Positions 1-10,426 are shown, counted from the first letter of the stretch. The stretch is 64,000 bases of DNA from Flavobacteriales bacterium (GCA_965658995.1 CBFHVI010000001.1:1599-65598); one strand, 5' to 3'. Translations and numbers: made by a program. The notes: generated from the letters alone by a model not told the origin.

Positions 1-1370
1 TTGGCAATTCCAAATTGAGCTTGAAGCCCCATTTCCCAAACCATCTTGTTTTTAAGAGTTTTGTGGTAGTCTAAATCGAATCGAAAGACATTGGATGGTC
101 CAAACTCAGTTCCCAAATTTCCACCAATTTTTGACCCATCACCATCAAAAAAATCATTATAACTATACTCATCTACACTTCGTAAATTATAAATCCCTTT
201 TATATTTAAATAATTACTTCCGTCTCTTTCTATTAAATATCTGTAAGAAAGAAAATTAGAAAAGCTTTTTACGGTTATGTCTCCTCGGTACCTATTTTCA
301 TATATCCTAAGTAAAGAATCATTGATATACTCTTCAAAAATTGAATTATCATAGGGTTTCATCAGTCTTTTTCCGTAGGTAGATCCCACTGTAAAAATGT
401 GCGAACCACTTGGTGTAAAAATCCATTCAGCTCCAGCTCTTACTCCGCCCATTTTCCAAGAGGCTTTTCCATTTTGCTCCACTATGGTTTGGTACTCTCC
501 AAAATCTGAAATTCGTTCTTCTGTAATATCGCTTGGTGAATTACGCCGGTTATAAGCCACATTCACGTTTAGTGTATGTTTTTTGGTGCTATAATTTAAG
601 GCGACATCTCCTCCGTATCTTTCAAAATTACCCCCAGAAACATTCGCTAATAAACTTACACCTTCCAACTTCTTCTTTTTAGTGATAATATTAATTATTC
701 CTCCCACTCCTTCCGCTTGTTCTCTTGCTGATGGATTAGTAACTATTTCAACACTCTTAATCGTACTAGCCGGAATAGATTGCAGCGCATCAGAGGCATC
801 CATCGCTGTCGGAATACCATTGATTAACAATTGATAAGTAGAACTACCTCGAAGAGTTACATTCCCTTGGGCATCTACTTGAATGGATGGAGTATTTTGA
901 AGAACTTCTACAGCAGATTGACCCACGGTGGTAGTCATATTTTCTACGTTGACAACTTTTTTATCTATTTCATAACTCACAGTAGGAATGTCTCCTCTAA
1001 TAGTTAACTCTTTTAAGTTTAGTGAGTTATTTAATTTTAACTCCTTTAAGTTATACACACTTTTTTTCTCATTGACTAAAATATTCTCGAACACTTTAGA
1101 TTGATAACCAACAAAGGAAACAACCACATAATAGTCGCCTATTGATACGGAGTTGATTTCAAATTTACCTTTCAGTCCAGTAATCGCTCCACCAGCCACC
1201 GAACTGTCTTTTTTTCGATACAATGCAACACTCACATACTCCATGGGAGCGTTAGAAACTGAATCAATTACAGATCCGTAAATGAGTCCAGAAATGGGCG
1301 ATTCTGAGGTTTTTTGAGTGAAACTCAGAAATGGAATGAAAAAGAGAAGTAAAATTGTAAGTCTAAACAT
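1..1370 (-). CDS. TonB-dependent receptor / outer-membrane beta-barrel protein (partial, runs off the left edge)
   Basis: Not in the ORF track. Manual translation from ATG at 1370 gives MFRLTILLLFFIPFLSFTQ (signal peptide), a carboxypeptidase-regulatory-like domain (IYGSVIDSVSNAPMEYVSVALY...VVSFVGYQ) and a plug domain (EVLQNTPSIQVDAQGNVTLRG...IKSVEIVTNPSA...GGIINIITK). Confidence 0.85.
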   Translation of the reverse strand, partial: MFRLTILLLFFIPFLSFTQKTSESPISGLIYGSVIDSVSNAPMEYVSVALYRKKDSSVAGGAITGLKGKFEINSVSIGDYYVVVSFVGYQSKVFENILVNEKKSVYNLKELKLNNSLNLKELTIRGDIPTVSYEIDKKVVNVENMTTTVGQSAVEVLQNTPSIQVDAQGNVTLRGSSTYQLLINGIPTAMDASDALQSIPASTIKSVEIVTNPSAREQAEGVGGIINIITKKKKLEGVSLLANVSGGNFERYGGDVALNYSTKKHTLNVNVAYNRRNSPSDITEERISDFGEYQTIVEQNGKASWKMGGVRAGAEWIFTPSGSHIFTVGSTYGKRLMKPYDNSIFEEYINDSLLRIYENRYRGDITVKSFSNFLSYRYLIERDGSNYLNIKGIYNLRSVDEYSYNDFFDGDGSKIGGNLGTEFGPSNVFRFDLDYHKTLKNKMVWEMGLQAQFGIA

Positions 1371-1429
1371 TGAAAATTCTAATTTAAGTGCAAATTTACC
1401 TATTTTTGAACAATATAACACGGAATCAT

Positions 1430-2638
1430 ATGAAGATTGGAATTGTAAAAGAAACGAAAAATCCTCCAGACAAGAGAGTCCCACTATCCCCCAAACAATG
1501 CAGCACCCTATTGGAAAGATTTCCACAGGTAAAGTTAGTTGTCCAGGCGAGTGATGTTAGAGCTTTTTCTGATACTGAATATCAACAAAAAGGAATCCAA
1601 ATAGTGGAAGATGTTTCTGACTGCGATGTACTAATTGGAGTGAAGGAAGTGAAGAAAGAACTTCTTTTACCTAACAAAACCTATTTTTATTTTTCTCATA
1701 CAATAAAAGAACAGCCTTACAACAGAGACTTGTTGAGAATTATGCTTAATAAGAATATCCGAATGATCGATTATGAAACCTTAACGTATCCAGAAAAAGG
1801 AAGAATTTTAGGGTTTGGAAGATACGCGGGAATCGTAGGTTCATACAATGCATTTCTTGCATTAGGGATTAAACTAAATACGTATGAATTAAAACCTGCT
1901 AATAATTGTAAAGATTATAAAGAGCTAAAGGACGAGCTAAAAAAAGTGAATCTGCCGAATGGTTATAAAATTATTATCACAGGAGACGGCAGAGTTGGAA
2001 AAGGAGCAGAGGAAATAATTCATGCCTTAAATATTACCAAAGTTTCACCAGACAAGTTTATTTCTGATACTTTCGATAAACCTGTTTACTCTCAACTCTC
2101 CGTAAAGGACTACAACAAGAGGAAAGATGGAAATCCATTTACGAAAAAAGAGTTTTATTCTTCTCCTGAATTATTCGAATCTAATTTCAAACAATTTTCT
2201 TCGCAAGGAGACATGTATATCGCTTGTCACTATTGGGACTCCGAGGCACCATTTATCTTTTCACGAGAAGATGCAAAGTCGCCAAAATTCAGGTTATCAC
2301 TAGTTGCGGATATAAGCTGCGACATTGACGGTCCTGTGGCCTCTACCTTGCGACCTTCTACAATTGATGAGCCTCTTTACGGGTATAACCCTGATACTGA
2401 GAGTGAAGTAGATTTTATGGATAACAATGCTATAGGTGTAATGGCTGTAGACAATTTACCTTGCGAATTACCTCGAGACGCTTCAGAAGATTTTGGGAAT
2501 GAATTACTCACAAAGGTGTTACCTAGTTTGATCGAAGAAGACACAGACACAATTATCCAAAGAGCTACAATCTGTGAAAATGGGAAGCTTACCTCCTACT
2601 TCGATTATTTGCAAGATTATGTGGATGGGAAAAACTAG
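1430..2638 (+). CDS. AlaDh/PNT-fold NAD(P)-dependent oxidoreductase, saccharopine dehydrogenase / lysine-ketoglutarate reductase-like
   Basis: Motifs MKIGIVKETK..DKRVPL, GVKEV, FSHTIKEQPYN, IDYE, ADISCD and MAVDNLPCELPRDAS. ATG at 1430 is preferred over the GTG at 1388. Confidence 0.8.
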   Translation: MKIGIVKETKNPPDKRVPLSPKQCSTLLERFPQVKLVVQASDVRAFSDTEYQQKGIQIVEDVSDCDVLIGVKEVKKELLLPNKTYFYFSHTIKEQPYNRDLLRIMLNKNIRMIDYETLTYPEKGRILGFGRYAGIVGSYNAFLALGIKLNTYELKPANNCKDYKELKDELKKVNLPNGYKIIITGDGRVGKGAEEIIHALNITKVSPDKFISDTFDKPVYSQLSVKDYNKRKDGNPFTKKEFYSSPELFESNFKQFSSQGDMYIACHYWDSEAPFIFSREDAKSPKFRLSLVADISCDIDGPVASTLRPSTIDEPLYGYNPDTESEVDFMDNNAIGVMAVDNLPCELPRDASEDFGNELLTKVLPSLIEEDTDTIIQRATICENGKLTSYFDYLQDYVDGKN

Positions 2639-2904
2639 TTGCCAGTTTATAGTAATCAGCAGTTAAAACACTGTAAATCAAGAGTTTTTTTTAATAAATT
2701 TGAACCAATTCATGCTATCTAATGTTTTAGGCGCAACAAGAAAGAATTGAGGTGGGTGAATAGAACATGAAAATAGTCACCTCCAAAACCCGCTCCAAGG
2801 AGGGAAATAAAAATTAAAACAAATATTGTTTTTATATAAAAACCTTACTTTTATAGCGAAGAGAAACTACAGACTAAACACCTAGGACCAAAGACTTCGA
2901 ATAA

Positions 2905-4395
2905 ATGAACAAAATACTAATTGCCAACCGGGGAGAAATAGCATTGAGAATCATGCGTTCTGCCAAAGAAATGAACATAAAAACAGTAGCGATATTTTCG
3001 GAAGCAGACAGAAATGCCCCATTTGTGAGGTATGCTGATGAGGCTGTTTGTGTGGGACCACCACCGAGTGCGGAGAGCTACTTATTGGGAGATAAAATCA
3101 TAGCGATTTGTAAAGAACTGAATGTGGATGGGATTCATCCTGGGTATGGATTTTTGTCCGAAAATGCCGAATTTGTAGATAAAGTATCCCAAGCAGGCAT
3201 TACATTTATAGGACCTTCGCCCAAGTCGATTGAACTGATGGGTGATAAACTGATGGCAAAAGACACCGTAAAAGGCTACAATATACCGATGGTTCCTGGT
3301 ACTGATCATGCGATATCAGATATTCCTACAGCTAAAAAAATAGCCTTAGAAATTGGATTTCCTATCTTGATAAAGGCTTCTGCTGGTGGTGGTGGAAAAG
3401 GAATGAGAGTGGTAGAAAACGAAGCCGAATTTGAAGAACAAATGGATAGAGCTGTATCCGAAGCGATTTCTAGTTTTGGTAATGGGGAGGTATTTATCGA
3501 AAAGTATGTAGGTTCGCCAAAACACATTGAAATTCAATTGATTGCTGACACTCACGGAAATGTGGTTTATCTATTTGACAGAGAATGCTCTATCCAAAGA
3601 AGACATCAAAAAGTAATAGAAGAAGCTCCCTCGGCTTCGGTACCAGACGACTTACGAAAAAAAATGGGAGAAGCTGCCTGCGATGTCGCTCGCAGTTGTG
3701 AGTATTACGGAGCTGGTACGGTAGAATTCTTGATGGACGAAAACAAGAATTTTTATTTCTTGGAGATGAATACTAGGTTGCAAGTAGAGCACCCTGTAAG
3801 CGAAATGATCACTGGAATAGACTTGGTAAAAGAGCAAATAAAAGTAGCGAGAGGCGAAAAACTGAGCTACAGCCAAGAAGATGTATCAATCAATGGTCAC
3901 TCGATCGAAGTAAGAGTGTATGCCGAAAATCCAAGAAATAACTTTCTGCCCGATATCGGAAAACTCATAACATATCAAAGACCGCAAGGAAATGGTGTGA
4001 GAGTGGATGATGGACTAGAGGAAGGAATGGATATTCCTATTTACTACGACCCTATGATTGCCAAACTTATCACTCATGGAAAAGACAGAGAAGAGGCTAT
4101 TGAGAGAATGAACAAAGCCATAGATGAATATGAAATAACAGGAGTTGAAACTACATTGGACTTTTGTAAATACACCATCAATCATCCAGTATTCAAAGAT
4201 TCTAGTTTTGATACTAATTTTGTAAAAAATTACTTCACAGATCCTAACGTCCTTGATAATCATAACGAAGAAGAGGAAAAAGTAGCTGCTATTTTTGCTG
4301 CTCTCGAATTTGAAAGTAACAAATCGACTCCTACCTCATTGAGTTCTGTTGGTAGCATTTCTCCCTGGAAAAAAAATCGCACTTCCATTCATTAA
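2905..4395 (+). CDS. accC: acetyl/propionyl-CoA carboxylase biotin carboxylase subunit
   Basis: Motifs ILIANRGEIA, IHPGYGFLSEN, KASAGGGGKGMR, ECSIQRRHQK, FLEMNTRLQVEHP and YDPMIAKL. Confidence 0.92.
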   Translation: MNKILIANRGEIALRIMRSAKEMNIKTVAIFSEADRNAPFVRYADEAVCVGPPPSAESYLLGDKIIAICKELNVDGIHPGYGFLSENAEFVDKVSQAGITFIGPSPKSIELMGDKLMAKDTVKGYNIPMVPGTDHAISDIPTAKKIALEIGFPILIKASAGGGGKGMRVVENEAEFEEQMDRAVSEAISSFGNGEVFIEKYVGSPKHIEIQLIADTHGNVVYLFDRECSIQRRHQKVIEEAPSASVPDDLRKKMGEAACDVARSCEYYGAGTVEFLMDENKNFYFLEMNTRLQVEHPVSEMITGIDLVKEQIKVARGEKLSYSQEDVSINGHSIEVRVYAENPRNNFLPDIGKLITYQRPQGNGVRVDDGLEEGMDIPIYYDPMIAKLITHGKDREEAIERMNKAIDEYEITGVETTLDFCKYTINHPVFKDSSFDTNFVKNYFTDPNVLDNHNEEEEKVAAIFAALEFESNKSTPTSLSSVGSISPWKKNRTSIH

Positions 4396-4425
4396 TTTTT
4401 GAATCATTCTTGTAATACCCAGTTT

Positions 4426-5094
4426 ATGAAAAATATCTTTTTTTATACCTGGGTATTTCTTTTTGCCCAGTTCGGCTTTGGTCAGGAAACGGTTCCTATT
4501 ACGGAAATTCCTGTAACGAATAAAAGAGCAATGTATCTTATTGAACAGGGAGACACAATACCGATTTTCATCCTGAAAGAATTCAATTACAAAGATCCTA
4601 ATTTTTCGAGAGAATGGAATAAGACGGTTTATTTTGCTCGAAGAATGTATACCTATGCCAAAATAATTGATTCGATAGTGGAAGAACACGAAAAACAATT
4701 GGCAGAGATAGAAAAATCAAACAAAAGAAGCTCCAGGAAACAGCGAAAAGAAAATAAGCAATTGAAAAATACATTGTGGGATGAATACGCTTACGAAATT
4801 AAAAACCTAACGAATGTGAGAGGTGATTACCTAACCAAGCTGGTATACCGAGAAACAGGAGTTTCCTGCTACGAGTTAATCAAAAAATACAAAAATGGCC
4901 GAACCGCTTTTTTTTGGAATTCTGTACTTTGGTCTTTTGGAAGTACCAACCTCAAAAACGAATTTGACCCTAAAAAAGATTGGATGTTGAAACTAGTTAT
5001 GGAAGAAATTGAAAAGGGACAGATCAGAACAATGAGTAGAAATGAACTTATTCAAGAAATAAAAAGACGCGAAAAGAGAGAAAAGAAAAAATAA
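4426..5094 (+). CDS. DUF4294-like exported protein
   Basis: Signal peptide MKNIFFYTWVFLFAQFGFG. The segment GDYLTKLVYRETGVSCYELIK...AFFWN resembles the Bacteroidota DUF4294 family. Confidence 0.6.
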   Translation: MKNIFFYTWVFLFAQFGFGQETVPITEIPVTNKRAMYLIEQGDTIPIFILKEFNYKDPNFSREWNKTVYFARRMYTYAKIIDSIVEEHEKQLAEIEKSNKRSSRKQRKENKQLKNTLWDEYAYEIKNLTNVRGDYLTKLVYRETGVSCYELIKKYKNGRTAFFWNSVLWSFGSTNLKNEFDPKKDWMLKLVMEEIEKGQIRTMSRNELIQEIKRREKREKKK

Positions 5095-5110
5095 CGTAAC
5101 ATAAGTAACA
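5095..5110 (+). promoter_or_regulatory. putative activator site CGTAAC-ATAA-GTAACA, 21 nt upstream of -7 element TATCTTTA (5132-5139)
   Basis: Imperfect copy of the palindromes at 13415 and 14295, with the same spacing to the promoter element. Confidence 0.55.
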
Positions 5111-5155
5111 AAAGAATACGTCCTCACCCCCTATCTTTACAAGTAAATTCCGTGT

Positions 5156-6055
5156 ATGTACTACAAAATTTTACTTCCACTTATCTTTTTCAATTTACTA
5201 TTTGCCTGCTCTGGAAATAATTCATCAACAAAGAACACTTCTCCCTCTGCGATGGGCAAAAAGTTATTGATAGATAATTGCGTAGCCTGTCACAACTTGC
5301 CAAGTGGGAATTCCACGGGTGTTGCTCCCTCATTTTTGGCTATCAAACAAAGCTACAACTCAACTTCTTTAGAGCAATTTCAAGAGGATATTATACAGTT
5401 TATTTCTCAACCAAGTAAAGAAAGCTCAAAAATGAAACAGGCAGTGAAAGAATATGGACTTATGCCAAAAATGGGTTTCAACGAATCAGATATTCGCTCC
5501 ATAGCTGATTATCTTTACAATACAGACTTAGAAAATTTCGAATCTAAAGAGAATGACTCTATGCCTGAAAAGGTCACAATTAACGCACTTGAGGAAAGAA
5601 AACAAGTTGCTTTGAAGACAAAGTCAATATTGGGAAAGAACTTAATGAAAGCGATAAAAGAGTATGGACCTGAAGGAGCCATAAGTTTTTGTAATGAAAA
5701 GGCGTTGTTTCTTACCGATAGCATGGCCAGAGAGTTACACGCCAAGATAAAAAGAGTCACAAACAAACCAAGAAATAGCCAGAATCAAGCAACTGAAAGA
5801 GAGATTTTAATATTAAACTCTTTAGAGTTAGCTGAAAATGCAGGTGGAGTAATAAAACAATTTGAGGGGAAAAAAATTGGTTATTTCAAGATAGAAACGA
5901 ATGAAATGTGCCTCAAATGCCATGGGGATTTTACCGAAAACATCTCAAAAAAAACTGCCGAAAAAATTTCTCAGCTCTATCCCAAAGATCAGGCAATTGG
6001 ATATAAATCAAATGAATTAAGAGGAATGTGGATGATAGAGTTATTGGGAAAGTAA
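5156..6055 (+). CDS. diheme c-type cytochrome lipoprotein (cytochrome c domain plus DUF3365/Tll0287-like heme domain)
   Basis: Lipobox LFAC, two CxxCH motifs (CVACH, CLKCH), and C-terminal YPKDQAIGYKSNELRGMW typical of DUF3365. Confidence 0.8.
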   Translation: MYYKILLPLIFFNLLFACSGNNSSTKNTSPSAMGKKLLIDNCVACHNLPSGNSTGVAPSFLAIKQSYNSTSLEQFQEDIIQFISQPSKESSKMKQAVKEYGLMPKMGFNESDIRSIADYLYNTDLENFESKENDSMPEKVTINALEERKQVALKTKSILGKNLMKAIKEYGPEGAISFCNEKALFLTDSMARELHAKIKRVTNKPRNSQNQATEREILILNSLELAENAGGVIKQFEGKKIGYFKIETNEMCLKCHGDFTENISKKTAEKISQLYPKDQAIGYKSNELRGMWMIELLGK

Positions 6056-6148
6056 TGAGAAAAAAGGTGTTGATAAGATTCCCCTACACTCTCCTATTCA
6101 AGTTCTTTTTTCAATAATTTTGAAAGAGATAAAGTTGAATAGAAATCT

Positions 6149-7144
6149 ATGTTAAAAATTGGGGTTGTTGGTGTAGGACATTTAGGAAAAATTCATTTAA
6201 AATGCATTCAACAAATTGCTGACTACAAGCTTGTTGGGGTTTTTGATTTGGATGAAGAAGTTAGTAAGCAAGTATCAGAGGAATTCGGGATACCCGCTTA
6301 CTCTACTTTTGATGAGTTGTTACAAGATTGCGATGTGATTGATATTGTAACGCCTACTTTATCTCATTTTGATTACGCAAGAAAAGCAATAATAGCCTCA
6401 AAACAGGTTTTTATAGAAAAACCAATCACTCATACCACCAAAGAGGCGAAATCACTTATGAGTTTGGCCTCAGAAGCCAATGTAAAAGTCCAAATTGGAC
6501 ATGTTGAGAGGTTCAATCCCGCATTTCTATCTATCCAAGAAGAACTTAATAATCCAATGTTTATTGAAACTCATAGATTAGCTGAATTTAATCCCAGAGG
6601 AACAGATGTTTCTGTTATTCATGACTTAATGATTCACGACATTGATATTGTATTGAGTATTGTAAAATCAAATGTAAAAAGAATAAGTGCCAACGGAGTT
6701 GCTGTGGTGAGTGAAACTCCGGATATTGCTAATGCTCGGATAGAATTTGACAATGGATGTGTGGCAAATTTAACGTCTAGCAGAGTCTCTCTTATCACAA
6801 TGAGAAAGACCAGAGTTTTCCAAAAAAACGCCTATTTAAGTATCGATTTTTTAAAAAAGAAATCAGAAATTTTACAATTAAAAGAAGCTTCTGCACAACC
6901 CGATCCTTATTCTGTGTTAATTGATTTGGGAAACAACAAAGGAAAAAAAGAAATAACCTTTTCGAAACCTCAAATTATAGAAAACAATGCTATTCAAGAA
7001 GAGTTATATTCTTTTGCTCAAGCCATAAACAACAATACCACACCCAAAGTAACGGTAGAAGATGGCTACAATGCCTTGAGAATCGCCTCCATTATTTCGG
7101 AAAAAATGAAGTTTACCTCAGATGATTTTTCTCAAAGTATTTAA
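6149..7144 (+). CDS. Gfo/Idh/MocA oxidoreductase, GnnA-like (possible UDP-GlcNAc 3-dehydrogenase)
   Basis: Motifs GVVGVGHLG, FIEKP, QIGHVERFNP and RGTDVSVIHDLMIHDID. Confidence 0.8.
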   Translation: MLKIGVVGVGHLGKIHLKCIQQIADYKLVGVFDLDEEVSKQVSEEFGIPAYSTFDELLQDCDVIDIVTPTLSHFDYARKAIIASKQVFIEKPITHTTKEAKSLMSLASEANVKVQIGHVERFNPAFLSIQEELNNPMFIETHRLAEFNPRGTDVSVIHDLMIHDIDIVLSIVKSNVKRISANGVAVVSETPDIANARIEFDNGCVANLTSSRVSLITMRKTRVFQKNAYLSIDFLKKKSEILQLKEASAQPDPYSVLIDLGNNKGKKEITFSKPQIIENNAIQEELYSFAQAINNNTTPKVTVEDGYNALRIASIISEKMKFTSDDFSQSI

Positions 7145-7226
7145 TCTGTTTATATACGATTTTTTTATTCTTCACGTTTAGTTTAAATTAGCGTTTACTT
7201 TCCAAGAATCAAACTTAATTTACTTA

Positions 7227-8084
7227 ATGAAACATTTTCTACCTTTTCTAATATTGAGCATGATTCTTACTCAATCATGTAAAGTATTTAATCCAGATGA
7301 AATAGTACCTTCCTACATATACATAAATGATATACGGGTGCAAGCTGGGGCAAATGAAGGAACCACGAGTGACAACTTGATTGATGCGTGGGTGTATGTA
7401 GACGGTAATTTGATAGGGACCTTTGAATTGCCTAGTAAAATTCCTATTCATGCGGAAGGTTCGTATAATTTGCAAATTTTTGCGGGAATAAAAAAAAGTG
7501 GATTGACAAACGTAAGAATACAGCACGATTTTTTTAATCCTTTTGACACCACGGTGGTTTCAGTTGCCAATCAATTAGATTCTATTACGCCTACCGTTAC
7601 CTATGAAGCGAACACAACTATGTGGATTGAAGACTTTGAAGATCCTGGAATTAAATTCTCTGCGCTCTCCTACTCCGATACAGTAATCGAAATCACTCCT
7701 GTCGCCTCTCAAGTTTTTGAAGGAAATGGTTCTGGGAAAATAGAATTTGCGCCAAGCCACCTTTTTTTTGAATCGAGAACAAATGAAACGAGCTTTAATT
7801 CTTTTCCCCGAGGAGGAAGACCTGTATACATGGAATTGGATTACAACAGCAATGAAGTGTTAACCATCGGAATCTATCACAACAACAGCTCTGCGGGACT
7901 TACCAAAGAGGAATACATTAATTTATTCCCCACAAACGGAGAATGGAAAAAGACCTACCTTGTTTTAACTGATGTAGTAAGTATACAAACTGCCGCTACT
8001 GAATTTGAAATATACTTGGAAGTCCAAAAAGATCATTCGTCACAACCTTTAGTCCTTATCGACAACCTAAAAGTAATGTTCTAA
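7227..8084 (+). CDS. hypothetical lipoprotein
   Basis: Lipobox TQSC after a hydrophobic stretch; 285-aa beta-rich ORF in an apparent operon. Confidence 0.7.
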   Translation: MKHFLPFLILSMILTQSCKVFNPDEIVPSYIYINDIRVQAGANEGTTSDNLIDAWVYVDGNLIGTFELPSKIPIHAEGSYNLQIFAGIKKSGLTNVRIQHDFFNPFDTTVVSVANQLDSITPTVTYEANTTMWIEDFEDPGIKFSALSYSDTVIEITPVASQVFEGNGSGKIEFAPSHLFFESRTNETSFNSFPRGGRPVYMELDYNSNEVLTIGIYHNNSSAGLTKEEYINLFPTNGEWKKTYLVLTDVVSIQTAATEFEIYLEVQKDHSSQPLVLIDNLKVMF

Positions 8085-8088
8085 CATC

Positions 8089-9486
8089 ATGGTAAAAAAG
8101 GACTCCATCAAATATTTGTTTTTATTCTTTGATTACCTGTCGGCACTTATTTCTTGGTCTGTTTTTTATTATTTCAGAAAAACTCAAATTGAACACATTC
8201 CGTTTGAATTCTCAGAAAAATTTTATCTCGGGTTGTTGATTATTCCGCTTTTATGGATAAATGGTTATTGGATTTTTGGGGCCTACGACAATGTATACAG
8301 GAAGTATCGAATGCAAGTCCTGGCAAAAACCCTAATGTCTTCCCTAATAGGAACTTTACTCGTGTTTTTTGTGTTTATTTTGGATGATAGTATCACTGTG
8401 TACTCTGATTATTACCTGTCATTTGTTGTTTTGTTTGGACTTCAGTTTGTACTTACATTTACCGCTAGGATTATCCTCACAACTAATATTGTAAAAAGAA
8501 TTCATCAAAAAAAAATTGGTTTTAATTCCCTAATTATAGGTGGAAACAACAAAGCCCACGAAACCTACCTCGAAATAAATGACGGGAAGAATTACGGTGG
8601 AAATATATTCTTGGGCTACATTCGAGTTAATGGAAAAGACACCATTCTCAAAGAATTTATTCCCGAATTGGGCGTGATATCTGATTTGCATCGGGCAATT
8701 CAAGACAATGACATCGAGGAAGTAATTATTGCGGTAGAATCTGCCGATCACAAGGTGTTAGAAACCTTACTAAATGAATTGGAAGGATATGATTTAATAA
8801 TAAAAATCATTCCAGACACTTACGACATACTGTCGAATAAAGTAAAAACAAACAATATTTTTGGTACTCCTTTTATGGAGTTGAAAACGGACATTATGCC
8901 TAAATGGCAAAAGAGAATCAAAAGAGGACTAGATGTTGTTTTATCTATCTTTGCCCTACTACTCTTATTGCCCGCATTTATTATTATTCCAATTCTGATA
9001 AAATCAGGCAGTAAAGGAAAAGTAATTTTCAAACAAAAAAGGATCGGACTTCATGGAAACGAATTCGAAATATTAAAATTTCGAACCATGAAAGAAAATT
9101 CAGAAGCAAATGGTCCTCAACTTTCCTCTGAGTATGACAGTAGAATAACAAAAGTTGGAAAATTTTTGAGAAAAACTAGGCTGGACGAAATACCTCAATT
9201 TTTCAATGTACTGAAAAAAGAAATGTCAATTGTTGGTCCAAGACCTGAACGACAATTCTTTATTGATAAGATTGTAAAAGAGGCGCCCCACTTTAAGCAC
9301 TTACACAAAGTCGTTCCGGGAATAACCTCGTGGGGACAAGTAAAATATGGCTATGCAGAGAACGTGGAAGAAATGATTCAGCGGTTGAAATACGATATTT
9401 TGTATATAAAAAATCAGTCTTTGGCGCTTGATCTCAAAATCTTACTGTACACTGTGATTATTGTATTAAAAAGAAAAGGAAAATAA
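8089..9486 (+). CDS. polyprenyl-phosphate glycosylphosphotransferase (WcaJ/CpsE-type sugar transferase)
   Basis: N-terminal transmembrane helices, then KFRTM, RITKVGKFLRKTRLDEIPQ, MSIVGPRPE and PGITSWGQV. Confidence 0.9.
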   Translation: MVKKDSIKYLFLFFDYLSALISWSVFYYFRKTQIEHIPFEFSEKFYLGLLIIPLLWINGYWIFGAYDNVYRKYRMQVLAKTLMSSLIGTLLVFFVFILDDSITVYSDYYLSFVVLFGLQFVLTFTARIILTTNIVKRIHQKKIGFNSLIIGGNNKAHETYLEINDGKNYGGNIFLGYIRVNGKDTILKEFIPELGVISDLHRAIQDNDIEEVIIAVESADHKVLETLLNELEGYDLIIKIIPDTYDILSNKVKTNNIFGTPFMELKTDIMPKWQKRIKRGLDVVLSIFALLLLLPAFIIIPILIKSGSKGKVIFKQKRIGLHGNEFEILKFRTMKENSEANGPQLSSEYDSRITKVGKFLRKTRLDEIPQFFNVLKKEMSIVGPRPERQFFIDKIVKEAPHFKHLHKVVPGITSWGQVKYGYAENVEEMIQRLKYDILYIKNQSLALDLKILLYTVIIVLKRKGK

Positions 9487-9493
9487 CAATTCG

Positions 9494-10426
9494 TCAGAAT
9501 CCTATATGATACAAAGCATCTCCTTGATTCACCACAGGATTATTGTTTATACCAAAAATCACCCCTTTTTTTCTTGCTTTTACCTTCTTCACAGTTTTGT
9601 CGTAAGGAGTCGAGATTTGCCCCAAAAGATCGCCTCGTTCAACAAAATCATTGGGTTTTTTATAGGATTCGAATACTCCCGAAAAAGAAGCTCTAATCCA
9701 ATGATTGTCTTCAATCAACAAATTGTCAAAAGGAACGGGTTGATGATTTTCAATCATTCCGTACGCAAACAACAAATTCAGAATACCTGCTCTACCCTCT
9801 GCGATAGACTCTTGATCCAAACGAAGAGATTCACCTCCCTCAAAAACCAACATTGGAATTTTTCTACGATTACATTCCTTTCGTAACGACCTTGGAATGA
9901 GAGATGATTTGATGATAAGCCGGGCACCAAATTTTAAGGCCAATGACAAAGCTTCTTTCATCGTATCGTCAATGCGTAGTTGTGGAACGTTGTGAATAGA
10001 TTTTCCTCCAGTATGAAAATCTACACCCATATCAACTAAAGGCAGAATGTGTGTTGTGAGCGTTTTGGCAACCCTCGAAGCCAGAGAACCCTTTGAACTT
10101 CCAGGAAAACTTCTATTGATGTCTTTTCCATCTGGCAAATCTCGCGAGTAATTGATAAATCCGTACACGTTGAGCAAGGGAATAGCAATCACAGTTCCAG
10201 CTGTAAGCGAGTCAAAAGCCCCTGTGTTTATCGATTTACGCACAGTTTCAACTCCATTTATTTCGTCTCCATGTAATCCTCCCAAAAAGAGCACAGTGGG
10301 TCCAGGATTTTTACTCCGGAACACATGAGCAAAAATATCGATTTCGGTGCCAGAGGGTAATTTGGAAACACTCAATTTTACCACCTTTTTCTCCCCTAAT
10401 TTTATCTCAGTCTTATTGATTATCAT
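9494..10426 (-). CDS. succinylglutamate desuccinylase/aspartoacylase (M14) family protein
   Basis: Motifs HGDEING, DINRSFPG, DFHTG and FEGGE. Confidence 0.88.
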   Translation of the reverse strand: MIINKTEIKLGEKKVVKLSVSKLPSGTEIDIFAHVFRSKNPGPTVLFLGGLHGDEINGVETVRKSINTGAFDSLTAGTVIAIPLLNVYGFINYSRDLPDGKDINRSFPGSSKGSLASRVAKTLTTHILPLVDMGVDFHTGGKSIHNVPQLRIDDTMKEALSLALKFGARLIIKSSLIPRSLRKECNRRKIPMLVFEGGESLRLDQESIAEGRAGILNLLFAYGMIENHQPVPFDNLLIEDNHWIRASFSGVFESYKKPNDFVERGDLLGQISTPYDKTVKKVKARKKGVIFGINNNPVVNQGDALYHIGF

